The notes beneath the pieces are model-generated. The model was not told the DNA's origin and searched no databases. It saw nothing but the letters and a program-made list of their open reading frames with translations. From Rebecca billardiae RCC1528 (Eukaryota; Protista; Haptophyta), in the NCBI GenBank assembly GCA_965240325.2, contig OZ251232.1, positions 744,001 through 808,000 of the forward strand: DNA of 64,000 nucleotides, in the 5' to 3' direction. A program made the position numbers and the translations under genes. Positions 39,301 to 49,749 of this stretch are shown piece by piece. Numbering within the stretch: the stretch's first letter is position 1; every line of letters starts with the position of its first letter.

Positions 39301-39499
39301 ATCGAGGTCGTCTTCGAGGACGTCGGCGGCACCATCGTCGCGGTCGTCAAGATCCGCGTGCGCGTGGGCGAGGACTTTGCGGACCCGGTCGGGCGGCTCA
39401 CGCCGCTCAACGGGCCGGACGCACCGCGCTCGCTCGAGGAGCTCTCCGAGTGGCTGGGCGTGCCCGTGCTCGCCATCTACTCGCACGTGCCGCCGTCGC

Positions 39500-39536
<37 letters not shown>

Positions 39537-41820
39537 CCCGCCGCCCTCGCCGCCCTCGCCCCCGCCCCGTCTGGTGGCTGAGGACTATCTCGCGCTCACT
39601 CTCGCCCTCAGCCCGGAGCAGTTCGAGGCCGCGCAGGAGGAGCTGCTCGGCAGGCTCGCGGGGCAGTTTGGCATCGACCCGTCGCGCCTGTCGATCGAGT
39701 CGACGGCGCCGCGGGCCGACGGCACCGTCAACGTGGTCATCAAGCTCTCCACCAACCTCTTCGCCGGCGAGACGCGCTTCGAGCTGAGCGCGCGGCTGCT
39801 CGCGCTCACGCGCTCGGGCGGGGGCGGCGCTGGCTGCGCCAACGTCACCAGCGGCACAGACGCCCTGCCCGCCGGCACTGGCGTGAACTGCACAAACAGC
39901 ACGCAGCTGCCGCTCACCGATGAGCTCAGCACGCTGCTGGGCGTGCCGGTCAGCGCGGAGCCGTACAGCCACGTGCCGCCCTCGCCGCCGCCCGCGCCGC
40001 CCTTCCCGCCGCCCAACCGCGTGGGCGAGGAGTACGTGGCGCTCGCACTCAACCTGCCGTGGTACGAGGCCGCCGAGGGCATGGGCGCGCTGCTCGCCTC
40101 GCTCGCGAGGTGCTTGGGAGCCTCAGAGAGCCGCTTCTCGCTCGAGATGCTGCAGGAGCTCAGCGCGGGGACGACCAAGGTGGTCGTCAAGCTGACGACA
40201 GACCTCAGCGGGGGCGAGGCGCCTGTGAGGCCTGCCGAGAGGCTCACACCGGACAACGGTCCGGGCACGCCGGCGTCGCTCGAGGACTTGTCTGCGTGCC
40301 TCGGCGTGCCCGTCACCGACGAGCCGTACAACCACTGGCCGCCCTCGCCGCCGCCTTCGCCGCCGCCGCCGCCGCTGGCGCCTGCCCAACCGCCGGCCGC
40401 GCCGCCCGCCCCGCCCCCGCCACAAGCAGACCCAGACCTGCTGGCGGCGCCCGGCGCCGGCACCTTGCCTGGGGGCTTGGGCCAGGGCAGCGAGGTGAGC
40501 ACGGAGGAGGACAGCGTGCTCACGTTCGGTGAGATCATCGAGCGGATCCGCGAGGCGCTGCGCGACCCCGACACGGGCACGGTGACCCTCGCCGGCATGC
40601 TGTCGGGCGTCACGTGCTGCCTCTGCTGCTGCTGGCTGTGGCTCTTTGCGCTCGTCGTGCGGCGCAGGCGCAGGAAGGAGCGCGAGCTGCTCAAGCTCGA
40701 ATCGATCGTCTCGCTCGGGCCGATCGGCGGCATGCGCGTGGACGTGCGCCCGAAGCTCGCATCCAGCGGGCTCGGCGCCCCCCCGATTGTCGCCGCCAAG
40801 CCGCTCAAGGTCCCGCGCCCGATCGTCGACTTCCCGTGGGCGTTCAGGCTCGGGCTGGGGAGGCGCCCGTCGACGGCCGGCGGCCCGTCCGACCTGCGCG
40901 ACGTCGGCCCGGAAGGGATGGAGGGCGGCGTCGCGGTTCAGATGGTCGACCCGCCCGTGCACCCGCTCGGCCAGCCGCGCCGTGGTTCGGCCTTTTTCCC
41001 GAGCACGCGGCTGGCTGGTGGGGCGGGCGTCAAGGAGCCCCTCGTCGGCACAAGCGTCACGGAGCCGCTCGTCGGCGCGGGCGCCGGCGCGGGCGCCGGC
41101 GCGGGCGCGGGCGCGGCACCGCCGGCCGGCCGGCGTGGGCCGCGCTTCCCCTGGAGCCGCGCGGAGCCGCCAGCCAAGCCCCAGCGCCGGCCGAGCTCCG
41201 GCCTCCGAGTGCTGCAACAGCCGGGCGGGGGCAGCACCATCGGGCGCATTGAGAAGCCACCAGCGCCGCCCATGCCCGCGCCGGGCGTGCAGGGCCAGAC
41301 CACGCCTCAGCCCAGGGATCCGTTCCATCGCCGACCACCCCCAGCTCCGCGTTCACCCCCGCCCAAGGCGAGCAAAAGCGCCGCCGCCGCCGCCGACAAG
41401 GGCCCGGCCGCGTTGCCCGCGACGGCCGCAGCCGCCGCCGCGGGCCCGACTGGCTTGCCCGCGACGGGCGGCGGCGGCCTTGCGGTGCCGCTCGCGGCCC
41501 TGCGCTCACCGAGGAGCGCGCGCGGCTCCGAAGCGTCCGTCAGCACGCCGTCGCGTGCCGGGGTCGGTGGCGGCGGCGTGCCGCCTGCAGCGGCCCGTTC
41601 GCCGCGATGGAGCGCGCGCAGATCAGACGCGTCCGCCAGCACGGTGCTGTCACTTTCGCCCGCGGCCGGTGGAGGTGACGCGGCCGCGGGCGGCACGGCG
41701 TCGCCTGCGAATGCGTCACTGCCAGTGCCACCAGCCCGCTCGCCGCGAAGGATGATGCGTCTGTCGCAGTCGAGCCTCGACAGCAGGTCGTCAGCATCGC
41801 CACGCGCGGGCCGACAGTAG
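12691..41820 (+). CDS. Giant (9709 aa) proline-rich extensin/mucin-like type-I membrane glycoprotein with 11 repeated globular modules
   Basis: Single ORF with no stops. Putative signal LALTVLGAVCFG (alternative ATG 12730). SPPP repeats ~12820-29388 and SPP/SPPV repeats ~29701-36405. Modules at ~29389, 36406, 36829, 37219, 37600, 38014, 38407, 38800, 39172, 39568, 40015. TM 40582-40659 followed by RRRRRKER and a Pro/Ser-rich tail. Third codon positions vary freely in the repeats. Confidence 0.9.
17131..18760 (+). repeat. Coding higher-order repeat, period 525 bp (175 aa)
   Basis: Marker PPPPPT (ACG) recurs at 17131, 17656, 18181 and 18706. Confidence 0.85.
20400..27200 (+). repeat. Coding higher-order repeats, periods 1224, 1224, 1050, 1050, 1050, 633 bp (boundaries approximate)
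   Basis: Marker LPLPPPRTLPL (CGCACA) at 20755, 21979, 23203, 24253, 25303, 26353 and 26986. Confidence 0.85.
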
Positions 41821-42112
41821 TAGCATCATCAGCAGCAGTCGTATAATCGATGATGGCTCTGGACTTCGGTTGACCCAGGCTGCCAGTGCCAGAGACGGGC
41901 GCGGCACTCAGTACGACTCACTGAACTGTGAGCTGGCAGCCTTCATCATCATGATATATGACGATGCGATGAAGTCACTAGCTACTCGTGAAAACTGCAC
42001 AGGAGGACCTCATCAATGGATGATGCAATAATGGATGCCTGCTAACTAGATGCTGATGAGTTAATCAGAGCGACGACGATATTGGGCCGCCGCCAACGAA
42101 CAAGCGCGCACT

Positions 42113-42132
42113 TCCTCTCTCTCTCTCTCTCT
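42113..42132. repeat. (CT)n microsatellite
   Basis: Direct observation. Confidence 0.9.
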
Positions 42133-42135
42133 ATA

Positions 42136-42456
42136 TAGTTCAGACTCTATTTTTACTATATGTATTTAACCATTTCAGACTCTGGTCAGAACACGGTCCG
42201 GGAGCGATCCGGATGCACCCGTAGCTATTGAAAATGTGTCACCGGACTGGGTAAGTAGCTATGAAAAATAGAGTGAAGTAGTCACAAACTGAATTTCACA
42301 CCCTGGGCACTTATTGGCCATCCATAGCAACCCTGCTTGGGGCCCTGTGGGAAACTTCGCCTTCGGGCGTTCATTCGGCCGCAGGAATGCGAAGATCATT
42401 TTCGGTACGCCCGGTTTCTATGACCGGACTGGCAGGGGTCAACCGGAGCCAGAGCC
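42136..42456 (+). mobile_element. Diverged relative of MITE family B (inner inverted repeat plus degenerate right TIR)
   Basis: GTTCAGACTCTATTTTTACTATATGT...GAAAAATAGAGTGAA (42138-42277) and TGACCGGACTGGCAGGGGTCAACCGGAGCCAGAGCC (42421-42456) resemble parts of 56524-57058. Confidence 0.6.
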
Positions 42457-43968
42457 TGATCGCGTCTAGTTATTATACTAAGTTATTAGCGACGCGTCGT
42501 GGCTCGCTCGTCATCATCGGGCCATCGGACTGTAGTCGTCAGCACTAAGTTGTGAGTGTCATCGGGTCGTCTGATCATCATGAGTCGTAGCGCAGTGGCG
42601 CGCTATATCAGTCCGCGTCGTCCCCGCCATCAGCGGGAGGCGGGCGAGGCGGCCGCCCACGACGGAGAGCACTGCCAGTGCGGCGCAGGCCTGCTCATGC
42701 ACGGTTATATATGTATACAGTAGTCAGTCGATGAGTGACTCAGTCGTCGGACTGTGTCAGAGTGTAGTGGCCTATATATATATTTATATTGATGCCAGGA
42801 GTCAGTCCTCGCGGAGCTGATGATCGACGATATATTCGCGCGATTATTATTTATGACCGTGGGGCCGCCTACTGCTGGGGCTCGGCCGTCGCACCGCGCG
42901 TCGTCGATGATATCGATGAGGTTCGTCATCATCAACATGACGATGAGTTCATCATCAGACATCGTCATCAGTGACGTCATCGTAGTAACGACTAGTGACG
43001 ATGATGTATAAGTAAGCTAGTCAGACTCTAGCACAGATCGACCGTGCACCGTCGTCTATATATAGTCACTACTGACTAAAAGTCACGAAGTCGCGTCCGA
43101 GAGTATATACTACTTTTCACTGCTGATGCTAATACTACTAGCTTAAGTCCGGACGACGACGCTACAGGCAATCGCGGGCAATAAGGAGCGGTCACGTAGT
43201 AAGAAACTGGGGCTTGCTATCTGCGGACCTGGCCTAGAAACTAAGACTAGCGATTGGCTGGTTCGCTATACGCACTAGTCACACTATAAGAAACCGGGAC
43301 TACGTCGTCGCGGCACTCGCGGCTGACGTGGTCCGCCGAGGCCGCAGTGGGCAGTGCCAGTGGGACGCGGCGGCGCGGCGGCCCGACTACGAGTACAGGC
43401 CAAGACAGTCCCGACTTCTCCTGAGTGACTCCTGGCCAGCGCACCGCGCATCCATGCAACATCGTCATGCCAGATTTGCGCTCCAAAATGGCCCAAAAGT
43501 TTTCTTCGGCCTCGCCGGCCGGGCATAAAGAGTAAAAGACTCAGCGGGGGGGCTCTGGCCCCATGCGCCCCCCGCGCCTGCGCGGCGGGCGGACCTAGCG
43601 CTGAGAAACTGATGAGCCTCCGTAGGCGCTCGGGCTACCGAACGGCTAATAAGAAACCGAGACTAGCCGTGAGATCTCTGACGACTTCTTATTGCCCGCG
43701 ATTGCCTGCTGTATAAATATATGTATATGATCCGCAACACGCGATATGAATATATATAATAATACTAATGACCGCGCGTTCCGCGGTCCTTTTCCGTAGA
43801 ACGAACGTAGTTCGGGGCCCGCGGTGGCGGTGCACCCTCCGTCGCAGTCGTCCCGTACGTAACTAGACTCCATCCAGCGGCGCGCCGCCCAGCGCCGCGC
43901 CGCCGCCGGCCCGGCCGGCCGGCCGGGCGCGGGCGCGTCGGCGGCTGGCGTGCGCCAAGTGTGAGTGA

Positions 43969-43991
43969 GGGGGTGGACCGAAGCCGGAGCC
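43969..43991 (+). mobile_element. Solo TIR of MITE family B
   Basis: GGGGGTGGACCGAAGCCGGAGCC is identical to the right end of 56524-57058. Confidence 0.6.
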
Positions 43992-44131
43992 ACGATGCGG
44001 CAAAATAAATAGAAGCAGTAGCATCAGATATATATGTGCCGGTCTGTCTACAACTGATGCTGCTGATGCCTGCTGCATGAAATGAGCAGTGCAGCCGCTG
44101 TCTCAGTGCAGTCGTCCCCGCCGAGCCAGCG

Positions 44132-45238
44132 TCAGCATATGCACCCGTTCGCCGGGTCGTCGAACATCCACAAGTGATGCGGGAACTCAGCCCGAGCGAG
44201 TTCGCAAAGCTCCTTAAAGTTAGTGAACTTGCTGCAGAGCCCTGGAAGCGAGGTCTTCACAAAGTTTTTGACGACAGCAGTGCCGCCTGCCCCCACCTGC
44301 GCTTTCTTCGTTTTTTGGACGTGCATGCCGCGCAGCATGCCGACGTCAAGGCGAAGGCCGAGCAATGCGGCCACGCCCAAGAAGAGCTTGTCATGCTGGT
44401 AGAGCAGGTCATCATAATTGACCACCTTCGAGCAGCGGCCGCTCATGTGCCGTGCAAGGCAGAAGAGCACCCACGACTTATCCCGGAGGCTCTGAAGATC
44501 GTCCCACTTCTGGCAGTTGCTGCGCTTCTTGCGCTCGGGCGTGGACTCGCGCTTCGGCACCGAGCGGAGCAACGCCCTCGCCACGTCCATGGGAATCCGC
44601 TGCGGCGAAACGTAGTCGAGTACCGTCACGTTGAGCATTGCGTTCAGCCGGAATTGGCGTTGGCTCCGGTTGTGCCCAAAGCGCTTGTGCCACACGGCGG
44701 GGTCCATGCTGCCCTCGGTTCGCAGCTGTGTTGGCGTGACGCCGCTGGCGAGGATCTCGCGCATCTCCTCAAAGAGGACCTCGAGCGCATTATTGCGCGT
44801 CATCCACAAGGGGCAGGTCGAGTGCTTCCGCGCGAAGTCCTTCCACTTCGCCGGCTCCATCAAAATCGGCCACGGGCGCGTCTTGAGCATTGGGAATCGC
44901 CCCTCCTCAATCCGTTTGGTGTAGAAAGTGTCCGCCTCGAGGAGGGCCGCCGTCGCGTTCTTCGCCGGCGAGAACTTCTCGAGCGGTTCAAAACCCAACA
45001 CCGCCACGTCAGCAATCACGCTCATCTTCTGCATGAACGCACTCGAGCCCGAATGCCCGTGGAAGATCAGGATGCCAGACTTGCAGTTGCAGTTGCGCGC
45101 ACGCATCCGGGAGACGAGGGTTGGCAGCGATTCCACCGTGCCATACACGGTGTACGGCGGCTGGCGGGCGTCTCCCCTGAAGACGTCATAGGCGCCGCAA
45201 GTCGAGCCAGCAGTCACCACCAGCATGAGGCACGACAT
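44132..45238 (-). CDS. Stf0/NodH-like sulfotransferase
   Basis: Signal-like MSCLMLVVTAG; 5'-PSB ILIFHGHSGSSAF; GFEPL; 3'-PB LWMTRNNALE; VVNYDDLL; FTNFKELCE. Confidence 0.7.
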   Translation of the reverse strand: MSCLMLVVTAGSTCGAYDVFRGDARQPPYTVYGTVESLPTLVSRMRARNCNCKSGILIFHGHSGSSAFMQKMSVIADVAVLGFEPLEKFSPAKNATAALLEADTFYTKRIEEGRFPMLKTRPWPILMEPAKWKDFARKHSTCPLWMTRNNALEVLFEEMREILASGVTPTQLRTEGSMDPAVWHKRFGHNRSQRQFRLNAMLNVTVLDYVSPQRIPMDVARALLRSVPKRESTPERKKRSNCQKWDDLQSLRDKSWVLFCLARHMSGRCSKVVNYDDLLYQHDKLFLGVAALLGLRLDVGMLRGMHVQKTKKAQVGAGGTAVVKNFVKTSLPGLCSKFTNFKELCELARAEFPHHLWMFDDPANGCIC

Positions 45239-45392
45239 GGCGGGCAGCACAGCGCGCACGGACAGAAGGACCTCCGAGGACCGCCACCCTTGCTCCGCCG
45301 TTGGCCCGTCCGATCGAACTGCAGAGCACCCCGGTAGCTCAGCATGGCTTCCGTCCCGGCCAACCTTGCGTACCGGTGAATTCGCCCGAGCC

Positions 45393-46529
45393 ATGGGCTT
45401 GGGCGCGAACACTTCGGGCGCATGCTGGGTGTTCGCGCTGTATTGGCTTGAATGTGACATCGGGCTGACACCGACTTACCTGCACTTGGAGGCGGCACTC
45501 AGCTGGAACATCGCGCGCACGGCGCGGGCGAACCCGCGAATGCCGCTTTGCGTGCTGACAGGCATGCGCCGGTCGCAGGTGATCTCGATCTTCGAGGGCG
45601 AGCTTGGCAAGCCGCTCGCAACCAAGCTTGCTTCGCGCGTCGCCGTGGTCAACGTCCCTTGCCCGGCGCCACCGGCCGAGCTGGGAGCACGCGATGGCCA
45701 GCATGGCTGCCCAGCGTGCTCCATCGCTCGCCAGGCACTGCCGCCGCCAAGGCCACTGCCACCAGAGGCGAGCAGGCGGGAGCGCAAGGAGCTGGAGCTG
45801 GTCGCAGCCCTGCGCTATGGTCTGCTCTACAAAGTGCGCGCGCTGGCCTACGTGCCCTACCGCATCACCGTCGTGCTCGACGCCGATGCGGCCCTCTGCC
45901 CCAACGCGCGCCGCGCCGTGCTGGGCGAGGCGGAGGCGCTGTCCATCCTCGACCGGTCCGTCGGCTTGCGGTACCACAGGCGCAGCGTGGGCCCGCGGGT
46001 GGGAGCAGGCAGGGCCGGCGTGGCCAACCTCACGTGCGAGGAGGGCTGCGGCCAGGTGATCGACGGCGCGCTCGTGCGCACCTCGATGCGCTGCGCCGGG
46101 CTGTGCGCGGGCCGGGCGGTGGCCCACGAGCACGACGGCTGCGGTGCCAACACCGGCGTGATCGTCGTCCGACGGACCGCGGAGGCGGCTGCCTTCGCGC
46201 GCACGTGGTACGCGCGCTACTACGCTCAGATCACTACGCCACGCAACGGCAGCCTGATCAACCTCTCAGGCGATCAGCGCAGCTTCGGCTCGAACGGCCT
46301 CAAGCAGGGAAGGGGCCCAGCGTTTGCGCGGGCATGCGCCGCAGTCGCCAACCTCCCGCGCAACCTGCACGTGGGGCGCGGGGAAGTGGCGCAGGGACAG
46401 GCCGCGGTGTACGGGCCAGTCATTGCGGTGCACGGCTGCAAGGCGCAGGAGCTGGACAAGGGCTCCTGCCCACTGTACACGGCGTGCTGCTCTCGCAGAG
46501 GCAGGTGTGCTGACATTGACTTTGATTGA
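45393..46529 (+). CDS. GT-A fold glycosyltransferase (nucleotide-diphospho-sugar transferase/GT8-like)
   Basis: KVRALAYVPYRITVVLDADAALC (DxD), ANTGVIVVRR, GDQRSF, VIAVHG. Start codon uncertain. Confidence 0.65.
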   Translation: MGLGANTSGACWVFALYWLECDIGLTPTYLHLEAALSWNIARTARANPRMPLCVLTGMRRSQVISIFEGELGKPLATKLASRVAVVNVPCPAPPAELGARDGQHGCPACSIARQALPPPRPLPPEASRRERKELELVAALRYGLLYKVRALAYVPYRITVVLDADAALCPNARRAVLGEAEALSILDRSVGLRYHRRSVGPRVGAGRAGVANLTCEEGCGQVIDGALVRTSMRCAGLCAGRAVAHEHDGCGANTGVIVVRRTAEAAAFARTWYARYYAQITTPRNGSLINLSGDQRSFGSNGLKQGRGPAFARACAAVANLPRNLHVGRGEVAQGQAAVYGPVIAVHGCKAQELDKGSCPLYTACCSRRGRCADIDFD

Positions 46530-46723
46530 TGGGCAGTGCATCATTATGAGACCATCTAGATGATGAGCGAAGGCCTGCTAAGCCCGACGCTGACGGCGCT
46601 GACGAGCCGCCGGCGGCCGAGGTAATAAGCTAGTCGTCGTAATTATTGACGACGATTATGGCCTGCGCCTGCGGTGCAGGGCGGAGCGCCGGGAGCGCGC
46701 AGCGTTCACGAGCGTCGGCCTCA

Positions 46724-47266
46724 CAGTCCGGTCCGGGTTACCAGTATGGAGCGTTATACATCTTGACTACTTGAGACTTGACACCGTGCAATCGGCGCGC
46801 GGGGTCGCCGCCTCTGATGATCTACAATACAATAGCAGCTCACTAGCCCACCCCAGGCGGTCCCTTGGACGATATTTAATCATATTATTACGGCCAGATG
46901 GATCATCAGCCACACCTCCAATAGGCCTCGCAGACTCTATTTTCTATATAACTAAATACCCAGTCCGGGTATCATTTTCGCATATATATATATGTATGTA
47001 TACAGGTGTCCGGAACGCTCCCGGACTGTGCTGAAATCTGAGTAAGGGACGGGTAATTACATAGTGAAATAGAGTCTGAACCTATTGGGAGGTGGTCGGA
47101 TGCGTGCGACATTTCATCTCGTTGATGATCGAAGTCATCAATCGGGGGTCGGAAGGGACTCTGCTGCATGGACCATGGACATGGTCCGCTTGGTTGACTT
47201 CGGCTCGGGGCCGGCCACTTAATTAACGGAGCTGGGGGGGGTGGACCGGACTCCGGAGCCGGAGCC
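46724..47266 (-). mobile_element. MITE family B, inverted copy with one TIR eroded
   Basis: Reverse complement aligns along 56524-57058; inner inverted repeat ~46910-47095; TIR GGGGGGGGTGGACCGGACTCCGGAGCC. Confidence 0.85.
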
Positions 47267-47641
47267 TCGTCATATATTATTGATGATGATGTCTGGCAAC
47301 GTTATCGTCACTTCACTGACGGTTCATCCACGCGCGTTGGCAGCGTGTCGTCTGAGCTAGACGTCAGAACTACCAGCTTATAATTATTATTACTCGGCGC
47401 GCGCTCAGATTCGGCATAATTCTGCGCGCTGCGCGCGCATCATATGCGTTATTCATATCACTAACTCGTCACTTCTCGTCCGGATCATGCCGCCGGCTCA
47501 GAGTCACAGGAGTCACTACTACTAGTCAGACGATCTGCCGCCGCCGCGCCGGCGGCCGCCGGCCCTACGCGGATCGCGCGCGCCGCCGCCGCCAGCGGCA
47601 GAGGGCGGCCCGGTCTTATTTATGAGCCATCAATAATTATA

Positions 47642-49634
47642 GGTGGGTCCCTGGCGATTTTCCAGCGTTCTTTTAAACATTTACCGGGTTTTCTCGCCGG
47701 ATTTCTTTTCGCGCGGGGCGCGGCTCGGGAAAATCGCCGGGCCGCCGGCCGAGGTCCGATCTGAACGCTCCCGACGATGTCGGAGCGCCTCTCCAGCGCG
47801 ACCGAGCCGCCGTGTGTCGGGTAGACCACAGCCAACACCTATCGCGCGCTCCAGCGCTTTGCGCGTGCTCACGGATGGGATCCGTGGTCACACATCCCCC
47901 GCCTGGCACGTGCCCGCATGTTTGACTCTCGCCCGGCTAGACGCGTACAGACAACTTGAATCGATCGGCGGGTGTTCGACCCGTGCCTTCGAGCAGGGTC
48001 AGTTTTTGCCACATGCGGGTCAGGCGACGGGAGGCATGGGTCAGTATCGTGCACGGGCATGCTCTTGACGCTCCCGCCATCTTGAGCAGCTCAACGCACC
48101 GTGAAGGTGACATTTGGGCTGCGCGCAAGCTGCTCGTGAGAACGCACGACAGCCAGCCCCGGGCTCTCGGGGAGCCATGTAAGCGATTGGCGACTTCCGA
48201 GAGGGCGTGTTTGGTGGGGGTTGGTACCGATCATCGATCAGCAGGCCGTGTTTGGTGGGGGTTGGTACCGATCATCGATCAGCAGGCCTAGGATGGGTGC
48301 ACTGAGGACTTGGGATGCTGAGAAGCCGCCGCGATGTGCGGCGAGCACGCCGACTTGCCATCCGTGTACACGATCCAGCGCCAGGAAGATCAGCAGGGCC
48401 TTTGACAGCGGCAGCAGGCGCTCAGCGATCCTTCCCTATGCCGAGTGTGGGCATAGCCTGCGGTGCTCGAGGGTGGTCGCAGGATATGGGTCCATTCTTG
48501 ACAGAACGCGGTCGCGTTGACAGGCGCGGGTGCCACCCCACGCTGTTGCTCCTGCCATTGGGTGGTCCCACTCGTTCCGCTCGTGGTCTGCGAAGACTCG
48601 TACTCAGCAACTCTACGGCTAGGCGTAGTAGACCCCTCAGACGCATGTCTGATGATTGCCCGGCACGTTCTCGTCGTCATGTTGGGTGTACTTGAGCGAG
48701 CGGAAGCCGCAACGTGATGGCTAGGCCAGCAGCTCAACCATCTGACGTCTCGCCGGCCAACTGGCTGAGTGCTCTCAGCCTAGCAGCAGCGTCGGTGAAC
48801 CTATCGTATTGCTGCCTGGCGAGAAGATGGTAGGAGGCATCGTCGGCGGCATGGGCTGCAGCTGCGGTAGTCGTGGACTGGTGGCGGCCTCACGCGGGTG
48901 GGCATACAGACGACCGGTGACACGCGGAGTACGAGCACGGAAGCCGCCGAGCGCGGCAAGCTCCGGCGGTGGCGTTGGCTGATAGTCCAGCCTCGACGGC
49001 GGAGGGCTCCCGTGTGACGACGGTGGCATGCTCGGTGGCGGGCGATGGTGTGTGCCTCGGCACGCAGCCCGCCACAAACACTGCCACTCGCAGGCAGTCT
49101 GGTTGCGGGCCCGGGTTGCCTGTGTCCGCGTCGCTCGGCGCCTATTCGATGACCCAACAAACGTACCCACATATCGGAACGAATTTGAATATATAGTGAA
49201 CCGCATCCACGGTCAATATAAAGTGGGTAACAATCACACTATATACGGGTAAGTGGCTATATATGAAGTGGGTAATATGCTCGATCTTGCTGTAGTTTGT
49301 TGGAGGTATCAGCGCACAGCATAGAGCCCCACTCTTTGCTTCATAAAATGGTTCGGTCGGGTGTCAACGGTTGCCAATAAGTAATTCCGATCGCATGTCG
49401 CCATCTAGCCACCATAACCATGAAGTAACGCTTCGCACAAAATCTCTATGTGACACTACTGGCGCGGCGCGCGCGCGCTCGGCCGAGCGACGGCACGCGG
49501 AGTAGGTTTTGAGGTCGAAACTTTTGCTCCGCCCCGATGGGACGCATTTATAGCGTCGATTCTGGGTAAGAGACAAAATATAGGACGTCATTCTGAGTGC
49601 GCCAGAATATCGCCCCAGTTGGGAGGGACCCACC
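47642..49634. mobile_element. ~2 kb non-autonomous TIR DNA transposon flanked by TA
   Basis: TA|GGTGGGTCCCT...AGGGACCCACC|TA. The TIR extends imperfectly (GGCGATTTTCCAGCG vs GGCGATATTCTGGCG). Lower GC, no intact transposase, internal 41-bp tandem duplication at 48206-48287. Confidence 0.8.
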
Positions 49635-49749
49635 TATTTATTCAATAAAGCCACGCGGTATTGACGCGCGCGGACCCACTACTCGGCATGCATGAGCAGC
49701 GCGACGACCGCCCGGCGGCGCCACTATCACCATGTAAGCAGCGCTATAT

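Noticed and set aside
43608-43665. Possible hammerhead ribozyme (CTGATGA followed by a GCCT-CCGT-AGGC hairpin)
   Set aside because: The hairpin is followed by GCTC, not the required GAAA, and stems I and III are not evident.
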